Shown here piece by piece: positions 25,802 through 32,000 of a stretch of DNA of 32,000 nucleotides. The notes beneath the pieces were generated by a model. The model did no database searches. It had not been told where the DNA came from and was given only the letters and a program-made list of their open reading frames with translations. A program made the translations under genes and the position numbers. The stretch spans positions 120,001 through 152,000 of the forward strand of contig MKSO01000001.1 of NCBI GenBank assembly GCA_001897305.1, written 5' to 3'. Numbering within the stretch: position 1 is the first letter of the stretch; every line of letters starts with the position of its first letter. Source of the stretch: Candidatus Saccharimonadota bacterium (lineage in GTDB: Bacteria > Patescibacteriota > Saccharimonadia > Saccharimonadales > Saccharimonadaceae).

Positions 25802-26437
25802 ATGTTTGAAGTAGAGTATAAAGGCGCCAATTGTGTCGTCATTTCATCAAAAAAGGCTAGTATTATTACCGACCCAAAGCTTTCGCTGGTTGGCTTAAAA
25901 GACGCTAATGTGAAAGACGCGATCGAACTAGCTACCGAGGCTCGTTTTGCCGTTAATTCTGATGACGCAAAGCTCGTACTCGAGGGCCCAGGCGAATACG
26001 GTGTGGCCGATTTTGATATTCGCGGTATTGCCGCCCAGCGCCACCTTGATAGTGAAGCCGATCCAAAGGCGTCAACTATGTATCGCATAGAAAGTGGCGA
26101 TATTCGGGCTGCGGTTATTGGCAATATTTACGAAAAGCTGAGCGAAGAGCAACTCGAAGAGCTCGGTATTATCGACGTATTGATTATTCCAGTGGGCGGA
26201 AGCGGGTATACGCTAGATGCAACTGGTGCGGCTACTATTACCCGTCAAATTGATCCAAAGATTGTCGTTCCTGTGCATTATGCTGACCCCGCTTTGAACT
26301 ACGAAGTTCCTCAATCTGAAGTTGATGTTTTTCTTAGCGAATTGGGCGCGCCGGTCGAAGAGGCCTCAAAGCTGAAGCTCAAAAATACGTCTGCTCTTCC
26401 AAGTGTTCTCACGGTATATAAGCTTAACCGTGGCTAA
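25802..26437 (+). CDS. MBL-fold (beta-lactamase-like) hydrolase family protein
   Basis: 211 aa. The overall pattern (ITDP ... LIIPVGG.YT ... VPVHY) resembles UPF0173/Lactamase_B_3-type proteins. RBS AAGGAGA. The family call is tentative. Confidence 0.6.
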   Translation: MFEVEYKGANCVVISSKKASIITDPKLSLVGLKDANVKDAIELATEARFAVNSDDAKLVLEGPGEYGVADFDIRGIAAQRHLDSEADPKASTMYRIESGDIRAAVIGNIYEKLSEEQLEELGIIDVLIIPVGGSGYTLDATGAATITRQIDPKIVVPVHYADPALNYEVPQSEVDVFLSELGAPVEEASKLKLKNTSALPSVLTVYKLNRG

Positions 26438-26468
26438 TAAACTTAAGCTTTTGTGTTAAAATCGAGGT

Positions 26469-27464
26469 ATGTATTCGCGCCTGGGCAGCCGAAGCGGCTT
26501 TACGATTGTTGAACTGCTTATTGTAGTTGTAGTTATCGCTATTTTGGCGGCAATAACAATTGTTGCCTACAATGGCATTCAGAACCGGGCCAAAATATCA
26601 GCGGTAACATCTTCTATCGAAAGCGCTGTGAAGGCTATTGAGATATACGCACTGAAGAATGCCGATACATACCCATCGGATGCAGCCGCAGCTGGTTTGC
26701 CGAGTGGGAGCACTACAACGTATGAAGTTTCAAGTAATAATACAACGACTCCTAAGTCGTATTGTGTCACCGTAACGTTGAACGGCTTAACATACTTTCA
26801 AACAAGTGCTTCGCAAAAGGCATTGCCAGGTACATGTATGGGGCTCGCTGCGTGGTGGCCGTTTAACGGTGATGCGAAAGATATGAGCGGTAACGGTGCT
26901 GATGGTACTGTGAACGGTGCGTTACTTGTGGCAGGTGCGAATGGTTCTGCTAATAGTGCTTACCAGTTAGGCGAGTCGAGTCAGTATATCGCTATGGGTA
27001 CGCCGGCAAGTCTTTCGAATATACCGAGTGCGTTTACATACTCAGTATGGGTTGCGAGAACCGGTACTTCAACTGGTCAGTGGCCGCAAATTATGGGTGC
27101 TTCTGACACGCACGTTGGTTTTGGTATTCGTAGCTCAAATTACGGCACAAACGTCTACTTTGAGTGGGGAACCGCACCATATAGTGGCGCAACCTTTACT
27201 GGGACAGGTAACAATGGTGTACTGAGCACACTAAATGACTGGCATTTAATGACAGTAACGTATGATGGTTCGAAGGTATTAGCATACTGGGATGGGGCTC
27301 TAAAATCTACGAGCGGCACCACGACCTTGCGTCCAACAATGGCAAGTTTCTCGTTTACAACGAGCTCGGGTGGATGGCAGGGAAAGGTTGATGATGCCCG
27401 TGTGTATAATCGTCCACTGACGGCGGCGGAAATCCAAACGCTCTATTCGGCGGGCGCCCAATAA
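26469..27464 (+). CDS. type IV pilin-like protein fused to a LamG/concanavalin-A-like lectin domain
   Basis: The N-terminus SG/FTIVELLIVVVVIAILAAITIVAYNGIQNRA is a classic prepilin with Glu at +5. The C-terminal ~200 aa has Laminin_G_3 hallmarks (WWPFNGDAKDMSGNG...G..G ... W..V.VTYDG ... VDDARVYNRPLTAAEI). Confidence 0.8.
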   Translation: MYSRLGSRSGFTIVELLIVVVVIAILAAITIVAYNGIQNRAKISAVTSSIESAVKAIEIYALKNADTYPSDAAAAGLPSGSTTTYEVSSNNTTTPKSYCVTVTLNGLTYFQTSASQKALPGTCMGLAAWWPFNGDAKDMSGNGADGTVNGALLVAGANGSANSAYQLGESSQYIAMGTPASLSNIPSAFTYSVWVARTGTSTGQWPQIMGASDTHVGFGIRSSNYGTNVYFEWGTAPYSGATFTGTGNNGVLSTLNDWHLMTVTYDGSKVLAYWDGALKSTSGTTTLRPTMASFSFTTSSGGWQGKVDDARVYNRPLTAAEIQTLYSAGAQ

Positions 27465-27496
27465 AAAAGCTTCGCATTTAGGCGAAGCTTTTTTAT
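27463..27496. terminator. bidirectional intrinsic terminator (pilin-LamG / rpmB)
   Basis: AAAAAAGCTTCGC-ATTTAG-GCGAAGCTTTTTT. Confidence 0.85.
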
Positions 27497-27513
27497 TAAG
27501 ACCGAAATGGAAG

Positions 27514-27708
27514 TTAGGCGAGGATGCCCTTCTTCTTTAGCGTGCGGATCGCGCTAGTGCTAAGCGTCATGGTGACTTTTTGACCGTCTACCATGAAAGT
27601 CTTCTTCTGAAGGTTTGGCTTAAACACGCGATTAGTGCGACGCAAAGAGAAGCTAACATTGTTGCCAAATTGCTTGCCTTTACCGGTGAGTTCGCATCGT
27701 GCTGTCAT
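27514..27708 (-). CDS. rpmB: 50S ribosomal protein L28
   Basis: MTARCELTGKGKQFGNNVSFSLRRTNRVFKPNLQKK matches the conserved L28 N-terminus. 64 aa. Confidence 0.92.
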   Translation of the reverse strand: MTARCELTGKGKQFGNNVSFSLRRTNRVFKPNLQKKTFMVDGQKVTMTLSTSAIRTLKKKGILA

Positions 27709-27863
27709 AGTATTTTCTCTCTTTCCTGCTTTAATCTCAGGACACTGGTATACATTTTACCTTTTTTACCCTTCAGAGTCAATACCCGTAAGGGGTGTCA
27801 CTACCTTTGCTCTGGGTACATTAATTGCTTCTTTAGAGTGACTGAACACGCTATAATAGACCA

Positions 27864-28499
27864 ATGGGCATAGATATTCCATTACTACTTATTGTTCTCG
27901 GTGTTATTTTGTTTTCGATGACCCTTCACGAGGCTATGCATGGCTTTGTAGCATATTGGTTGGGTGATGATACGGCTAAGCGCGAGGGTCGTTTAACGCT
28001 TAACCCTATTAAACATATTGATCCGTTTCTTACCATTATTCTGCCATTAGGGCTCGCTTTAGTGGGCGGTCCCATTTTTGGTGGTGCCAAGCCTGTGCCG
28101 TTTCGACCGGATCAGGTCAAAGGTGGGGACTGGGGCGCGGCTTTGGTTGCTTTGGGTGGCCCGCTCACGAACCTTTTTATTGCCTTCATCGCGTTCGGTA
28201 TCTGGGTAGTGTCCGATGTACCGCCAGGTAGTATTGCCACGACTATATTCTCAGCGCTGGTATCGGTTAACCTTGGGTTCTTTGTATTTAATATGCTGCC
28301 TATTCCACCGCTTGATGGTTCGCGTGTTTTGTACGCTTTAGCTCCCGAATTTGTGCGGACGGGTATGCGGGCGATTGAGCAGTTTGGTATTATCTTTATA
28401 CTTATTTTAGTACTACTAGCCGGCTCATTATTGGGGGCATATATGAGCGAAGCGATTCATTTCTTCCTGTTGCTGTTTCAAACTATTTTTCGCGTATAG
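27864..28499 (+). CDS. site-2 protease family (M50) membrane metalloprotease
   Basis: The HEAMHG zinc motif lies in the first TM region, with multiple TM helices and a distal NMLPIPPLDG motif. TATAAT (27852-27857) lies 6 nt upstream of the ATG. Confidence 0.85.
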   Translation: MGIDIPLLLIVLGVILFSMTLHEAMHGFVAYWLGDDTAKREGRLTLNPIKHIDPFLTIILPLGLALVGGPIFGGAKPVPFRPDQVKGGDWGAALVALGGPLTNLFIAFIAFGIWVVSDVPPGSIATTIFSALVSVNLGFFVFNMLPIPPLDGSRVLYALAPEFVRTGMRAIEQFGIIFILILVLLAGSLLGAYMSEAIHFFLLLFQTIFRV

Positions 28500-28543
28500 T
28501 TGAAAACACTACATATTTAGGTCACTGATTCAGTAAACCCTCA

Positions 28544-28552
28544 GTTGGGCAG
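28544..28552 (+). promoter_or_regulatory. extended -10 promoter (TGGTATAAT) driving the rod-shaped RNA and tRNA-Pro
   Basis: A perfect TGnTATAAT match in a non-coding 250-nt gap. Confidence 0.55.
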
Positions 28553-28558
28553 TGGTAT

Positions 28559-28712
28559 AATAAGAAGTACCCAGGAAGCTCACCTAGGTGTACATGATTT
28601 TCCGATATCATAGATGAGGATGACCTAATGATTCGATCCCGTGGGATAGTTTTGCGGTTATCCACCTTGCATTTAAGCGGGGAATATCATCTCGCCTAGG
28701 TTTCGAGCTCCT
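28559..28712 (+). ncRNA. candidate structured ncRNA, ~150-nt rod with an internal bubble (6S-like architecture; identity unproven)
   Basis: The ends pair over a long range: 28561-28572 with 28696-28706 (11 bp), 28573-28581 with 28684-28692 (9 bp), 28585-28589 with 28677-28681, and 28609-28616 with 28647-28654 (8 bp). A poorly paired central region lies at 28595-28608 and 28655-28671. The 3' stem is followed by TTTTAT. It contains no ORF. Confidence 0.45.
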
Positions 28713-28753
28713 GGGTTTTATGTACCCAAAATTTCCTGAGAATTACTTTATAA

Positions 28754-28829
28754 CAGGGTGTGGCGCAGTTGGTAGCGCGTACGGCTGGGGGCCGTGAGGT
28801 CGCAAGTTCAAGTCTTGTCACCCTGACCA
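28754..28829 (+). tRNA. tRNA-Pro (anticodon GGG)
   Basis: Acceptor CAGGGTG/CACCCTG with the C1:G72 pair typical of bacterial tRNA-Pro, anticodon loop CTGGGGG, T loop TTCAAGT, and an encoded CCA. Confidence 0.92.
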
Positions 28830-28900
28830 TACACGACATTATTTTTCTTTTGAGTCTATTTCATCTATACTGTAAGCATAAACAGGGTGAATACAAACAT

Positions 28901-29797
28901 ATGAATCAACGGCTCTCGGTGCGCGCCATTATCAACGAAGATGGGAAAGCTCTGCTGCTGAGGCGCAATAATGGACGCCAAACCATTCTGGGTAAATACG
29001 AATTGCCTGGTGGAAAAATTGCCTACGGCGAACAGCCAGAAGACGCGTTACGGCGTTACCTACACGATGACGCTGGATTGCACATTCAGGCGTCACAATT
29101 ATTCGATGCGGTGACATATATTGATCGAGATGACCGCGATATTCAGTATGGGGTTATTGTGTATTTGGTGACACTGGCTCAGCAGCGACACCCGATGAAG
29201 CTGAGTGGAAATTACTCAAAATACAAATGGCATTCGATGTCAAGTATACAACAATCTGAACTAACAGATTTAACGCAACTCCTCCTCGGCATAATTCAGC
29301 AAGAAGAATTAACAGAGAAGGTAGTTGAAAAGACAAGACTAAACGATGTTAATAAATCATCAGAAGACGCTATTGTTATATATTCTGATGGTGGCTCTCG
29401 TGGAAACCCGGGTCCATCTGCTGCTGGCTATGTCGTCCTTAACAATCGCCAAGAAGTTATTGCCGAGGGTGGTGAGTACCTTGGTATTACTACAAATAAC
29501 CAGGCTGAGTACCAAGGTGTGCGCTTAGGCCTTGAAAAGGCTCAAGAACTGGGCTTTAAAAAAGTGGATTTCAAAATTGATAGTATGTTAGTAGTAAACC
29601 AAATGAAGGGCCTGTATAAAATAAAGAACCGGGAGCTTTGGCCCATTAACGAGCGCATTCGTATGCTAATGACAAACTTCGACCGCGTTACCTTTACTCA
29701 CGTGAATCGTCAGTTTAACCAATTGGCTGATGGTATGGTCAACAAAACGCTCGATGCCCACAAGGCCCACCCGGCTGGACCAATTGAAATAGAATAG
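28901..29797 (+). CDS. Nudix-domain / RNase H (RNase HI-like) fusion protein
   Basis: Start reassigned to ATG 28901, because the ORF-track start at 28760 lies inside tRNA-Pro. The N-terminal Nudix fold has a degenerate box, GGKIAYGEQPEDALRRYLHDDAGL. The C-terminal RNase H-like domain has DEDD-type residues (YSDGGSRGNPG, NNQAEY, DSMLVV, NQLADG). Confidence 0.8.
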   Translation: MNQRLSVRAIINEDGKALLLRRNNGRQTILGKYELPGGKIAYGEQPEDALRRYLHDDAGLHIQASQLFDAVTYIDRDDRDIQYGVIVYLVTLAQQRHPMKLSGNYSKYKWHSMSSIQQSELTDLTQLLLGIIQQEELTEKVVEKTRLNDVNKSSEDAIVIYSDGGSRGNPGPSAAGYVVLNNRQEVIAEGGEYLGITTNNQAEYQGVRLGLEKAQELGFKKVDFKIDSMLVVNQMKGLYKIKNRELWPINERIRMLMTNFDRVTFTHVNRQFNQLADGMVNKTLDAHKAHPAGPIEIE

Positions 29798-29804
29798 TAA
29801 TAAA

Positions 29805-29933
29805 GGGGATCAGCAAAGTCTCCACCTCTCTTTTCGGATGGCTTCGCGCTGGGTTTCGACAGGGTCTCTACGCCTGTCTCACCTCAGGCTGCAGATATCG
29901 CTCAAAGAGAGGTGGAGACTTTGCTGATCACCC
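29805..29933 (+). repeat. gene-terminal rod-hairpin element, copy 4 (3' of the Nudix-RNase H gene)
   Basis: The outer arms 29808-29833 and 29904-29929 are a perfect 26-bp repeat, with GGG/CCC beyond a 1-nt bulge. The core is at 29840-29896 (GGCTTCGC...GGCTGCAGAT). Confidence 0.8.
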
Positions 29934-29940
29934 TTATCCT

Positions 29941-29949
29941 TGCTATACT
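29941..29949 (+). promoter_or_regulatory. extended -10 promoter (TGCTATACT) of rnpB
   Basis: A TGnTATACT match 8 nt upstream of the predicted RNase P RNA 5' end. Confidence 0.55.
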
Positions 29950-29957
29950 ATTTTTTA

Positions 29958-30326
29958 GGCAGCCAGCTGGACGGCCGCTTGTCCAAAAGACAAGAGGAAA
30001 GTCCGGGCAGCATAGGACACGACAGTCGCTAACGGCGACCGGGGGTAACCCTAGGGAAAGTGCCACAGAAACAATACCGCCTCGCTACAAAAAGGTGTTA
30101 TCAGGTGAAAGCTCGGTAATTACCAAGAGGTAAGGGTGAAATGAGTGGGGTAAGAGCCCACAGCGTCATATGGTGACATATGGAGAAGGTAAACCCTGTC
30201 GGCTGCAAGGAGATCAACACAAAAGAGTAGTCCGCTCGTTGGTCGATACCCGCTTGAATACGCTAGTAATGGTGTATCTAGATAGATGGTCGTCCTCGAC
30301 AAAACCCGGCTTACAGGTTGGCTGCC
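29958..30326 (+). ncRNA. rnpB: RNase P RNA, bacterial type A
   Basis: Universal signatures are present: GAGGAAAGTCCGGGC (P4 5' strand), ACAGAAA, GGTAAGGGTGAAA, GTAAGAGC and ACAAAACCCGGCTTA (P4 3' strand). P1 pairs GGCAGCCAG with CAGGTTGGCTGCC. Confidence 0.93.
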
Positions 30327-30328
30327 AA

Positions 30329-30359
30329 TAAAAACGCCCTCTTCTACGAGGGCGTTTTT
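30329..30359. terminator. bidirectional intrinsic terminator (rnpB / minus-strand membrane protein gene)
   Basis: AAAAACGCCCTC-TTCTAC-GAGGGCGTTTTT. Confidence 0.85.
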
Positions 30360-30360
30360 C

Positions 30361-31821
30361 TTATAATCGAAGTTCTTTAAAGGCCTTGAGGGCGATGGTG
30401 AGCATTTTGTTGTATTCTTCCGCACTGATGACCGTACTTGAGTTGACTAGGGATTTCACCATAAATAGCGTAGTGTCAGCGACTTCTATGTTGATGCCGG
30501 GGTCATTGTCGTATAAATATGCCATAAAGCCGGGGTTTATGAGTTCGAAAGAGGCTAGTCGGTCGGCATTCGTGGCGTATACCTCGTAACGATTGTTAAA
30601 ATCGGGCCATTCGTAAGTGTATTTTTTATAATTTTTTGGCATCCCCGAGAACGCTTTGAGGAAAGGGAATACTTTTGTCTTGCGCCTTACGACAATCCCT
30701 TCGTAAGAACGGGGGAGGGTAAGCTGGACGATGAGCATATTGGCTGCGCTGTTCTTTGGATTCGGATTGTAGGTATAGAGCTGGAACAGCAGCCCATTGT
30801 AGTAACCGATCGTATGGTTATTGATATCACTGACACCAAATCGGCCGCTTCCTAAGAGGACCCCTCTTTTTGGAATGAGCAGCCACCCCATATCAAGTGA
30901 ATAATACAGTCCATTTTGCTGTGCAAACTGAATAAGTGATTGGTTAGCTTGTCGTTTATCGGCGGTTTGCTGGGCAATGTCCGCTAGTAGCCAGGTGGTT
31001 TCACTGCGCACAAAGGTCCAGGCTTCTACGAATGAACTATTGTCTGTATATAACACCGAGCCATCGGTGTCGATTAATTGGTCTTTTGCTGTTGCTTCAA
31101 ATAATACAGTATAGGTATCTTTATTGGCTGCAGATGTATCGTCTACGGCATCAATGATGGCAGCACCACCAATACGTACGTTGCTCATTCTATTTGTTCG
31201 GCCAAGTTCTTTTAAAGCTTGTAGTAAAAGGGCGCTATGTTTTGCATAATCACGGGTGGTGTAGGTAGTGATACTTGCAAGGTTGAATTGCGACCAATCT
31301 TCTTGGTAGCGTAGGAAGCATTGACGTGCGTAGTCGAGCAGACTCGCTTCGTTCCAGCTAGCATCGGACTGACTGGCTTTTGCTATGGTTTGTCGTGTTT
31401 TTTTGATACGATTCGCAAGACGCTCCCATAGCCCGAAGAAGGCGGTAGACCACCCGATCCATATACCTATGGTTATAACAGAGGCTACGTAGATGCTAAA
31501 GAACCCACCGAGCATAAAGCCGATTATGAGTAGAATAATACTTACAAGGCTTGCGAAGGTTGCGCTGATAATAAGTTCAAGCTTTCTAGAGAAGAATTTC
31601 TTGATCAACTTACCTAAGTAGTGGCTCGGAACGGCTCCGAGCAGTATGAGGAATTCCGCACCGCCTCCGCCTCCGCCGCTACTAGAAGAGCCGCCACCAC
31701 CGGCGCGGGCGATGAGCTCTAGAGATGGAATTATAGAGAAAAGTGAATTGAACATAGGTAGTTCTATAGTACCATGCTGGGCATATTGGTGGGTGTATAA
31801 ACCAAACAAAAAACTGGCCAC
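30361..31821 (-). CDS. membrane protein with a Gly/Ser-rich tract, a Tim44-like (NTF2-fold) domain and a DUF3137-like C-terminal domain
   Basis: A long ORF containing GGGGSSSSGGGGGG, 3 TM helices, then W..F.R....W.L..I.Q-type Tim44-like features and a C-terminal region resembling DUF3137. These domain calls are by eye and tentative. The GTG start at 31821 is doubtful. ATG 31755 lies 10 nt after TGGTACTAT (31774-31766) and is an alternative. Confidence 0.7.
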   Translation of the reverse strand: MASFLFGLYTHQYAQHGTIELPMFNSLFSIIPSLELIARAGGGGSSSSGGGGGGAEFLILLGAVPSHYLGKLIKKFFSRKLELIISATFASLVSIILLIIGFMLGGFFSIYVASVITIGIWIGWSTAFFGLWERLANRIKKTRQTIAKASQSDASWNEASLLDYARQCFLRYQEDWSQFNLASITTYTTRDYAKHSALLLQALKELGRTNRMSNVRIGGAAIIDAVDDTSAANKDTYTVLFEATAKDQLIDTDGSVLYTDNSSFVEAWTFVRSETTWLLADIAQQTADKRQANQSLIQFAQQNGLYYSLDMGWLLIPKRGVLLGSGRFGVSDINNHTIGYYNGLLFQLYTYNPNPKNSAANMLIVQLTLPRSYEGIVVRRKTKVFPFLKAFSGMPKNYKKYTYEWPDFNNRYEVYATNADRLASFELINPGFMAYLYDNDPGINIEVADTTLFMVKSLVNSSTVISAEEYNKMLTIALKAFKELRL

Positions 31822-31856
31822 CCGCTAGGGATGACCAGTTTATGTAATAAGAAGAA

Positions 31857-32000
31857 TTACTTGGTTGCTGCTTTAACAATAGCCTTGAACGCTTGTGGTT
31901 CAGAAACGGCTAGCTCGGCCAAAGCCTTGCGGTCTACCTCAATGTTAGCGGCTTTGAGTCCGGCAATGAGTTTACCGTAAGTGGTACCTTCAAGGCGGGC
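31857..32000 (-). CDS. rplT: 50S ribosomal protein L20, C-terminal 47 codons (5' part outside the window)
   Basis: Own translation: [47 protein letters not shown]. It matches the conserved L20 C-terminus (..GLKKA.I..DRK.LA.LAV.D..AF..L). Confidence 0.88.
   Translation of the reverse strand, partial: ARLEGTTYGKLIAGLKAANIEVDRKALAELAVSEPQAFKAIVKAATK

Noticed and set aside
28760-28900. N-terminal extension of the Nudix-RNase H ORF. The same problem affects the upstream starts at 16258, 18765 and 25107.
   Set aside because: The 28760 start lies inside tRNA-Pro. The 16258 and 18765 starts lie deep inside the preceding genes and lack an RBS. The 25107 start is a TTG inside repeat copy 3. Internal ATGs with an RBS were preferred.
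29912-30425. ORFs 29912-30133 (+) and 30120-30425 (-).
   Set aside because: Both lie within or across the RNase P RNA gene (29958-30326) and its terminator, so they are spurious.
31080-31140. A 10-nt match (GGCTGCAGAT, about 31126-31135) to the 3' core strand of the element family, lying within the region of the 486-aa gene.
   Set aside because: There are no P2 or P3 helices and no flanking inverted repeat, and it is embedded in the CDS region. It is consistent with a chance match.
31655-31700. GCC/TCC-rich simple repeat (CCGCCTCCGCCTCCGCCGCT...).
   Set aside because: It is not a CRISPR array or a regulatory repeat. It encodes the Gly/Ser tract of the minus-strand membrane protein.

Overview
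This 32-kb window reads as densely packed core chromosome (standard genetic code, about 50% GC by eye) from a small-genome bacterium. The gene content and style fit a Patescibacteria/CPR organism, possibly Saccharibacteria, but that is inference only.

Contents, left to right:
- The 3' end of a surface-protein gene.
- A complete type IV pilus operon with no secretin gene: pilM-N-O, a small ORF, pilB-T-C, the major pilin, pilD and four minor pilins (0.7-12.5 kb).
- xerC-like recombinase (minus strand), uppP, ndk and tRNA-Arg(CCU).
- Three membrane or chaperone-like genes, then sodA.
- tRNA-Asp(GUC) and tRNA-Thr(CGU), then a small membrane protein with a processive-type GT2 synthase.
- A tiny orphan minus-strand transcription unit and tRNA-Val(GAC).
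- A T-box leader with thrS, then a HAD hydrolase, an alkyltransferase-like (ATL) protein and miaA.
- A wHTH regulator, an MBL-fold protein and a pilin-LamG fusion.
- rpmB (minus strand) and an M50 protease.
- A promoter-driven rod-shaped candidate ncRNA with tRNA-Pro(GGG), then a Nudix-RNase H fusion.
- RNase P RNA, a Gly/Ser-rich membrane protein (minus strand), and the 3' end of rplT (minus strand).

The most unusual signal is a four-copy family of ~125-136 nt rod-like hairpin elements I do not recognise. Each sits immediately 3' of a gene in the sense orientation. A ~57-nt core is conserved and shows compensatory base changes. It is enclosed by an 18-30 bp outer stem whose sequence is unique to each locus. 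One copy's stem includes the last codons and stop codon of miaA. Two near-identical copies lie in inverted orientation around xerC-uppP-ndk.

Other notable points:
- A thrS T-box with a very short Stem I.
- A 6S-like rod RNA.
- Frequent extended -10 promoters placed 6-10 nt from start codons, implying leaderless mRNAs.
- An ATL protein with PWHR in place of PCHR.

No CRISPR array, rRNA gene or transposase was seen.
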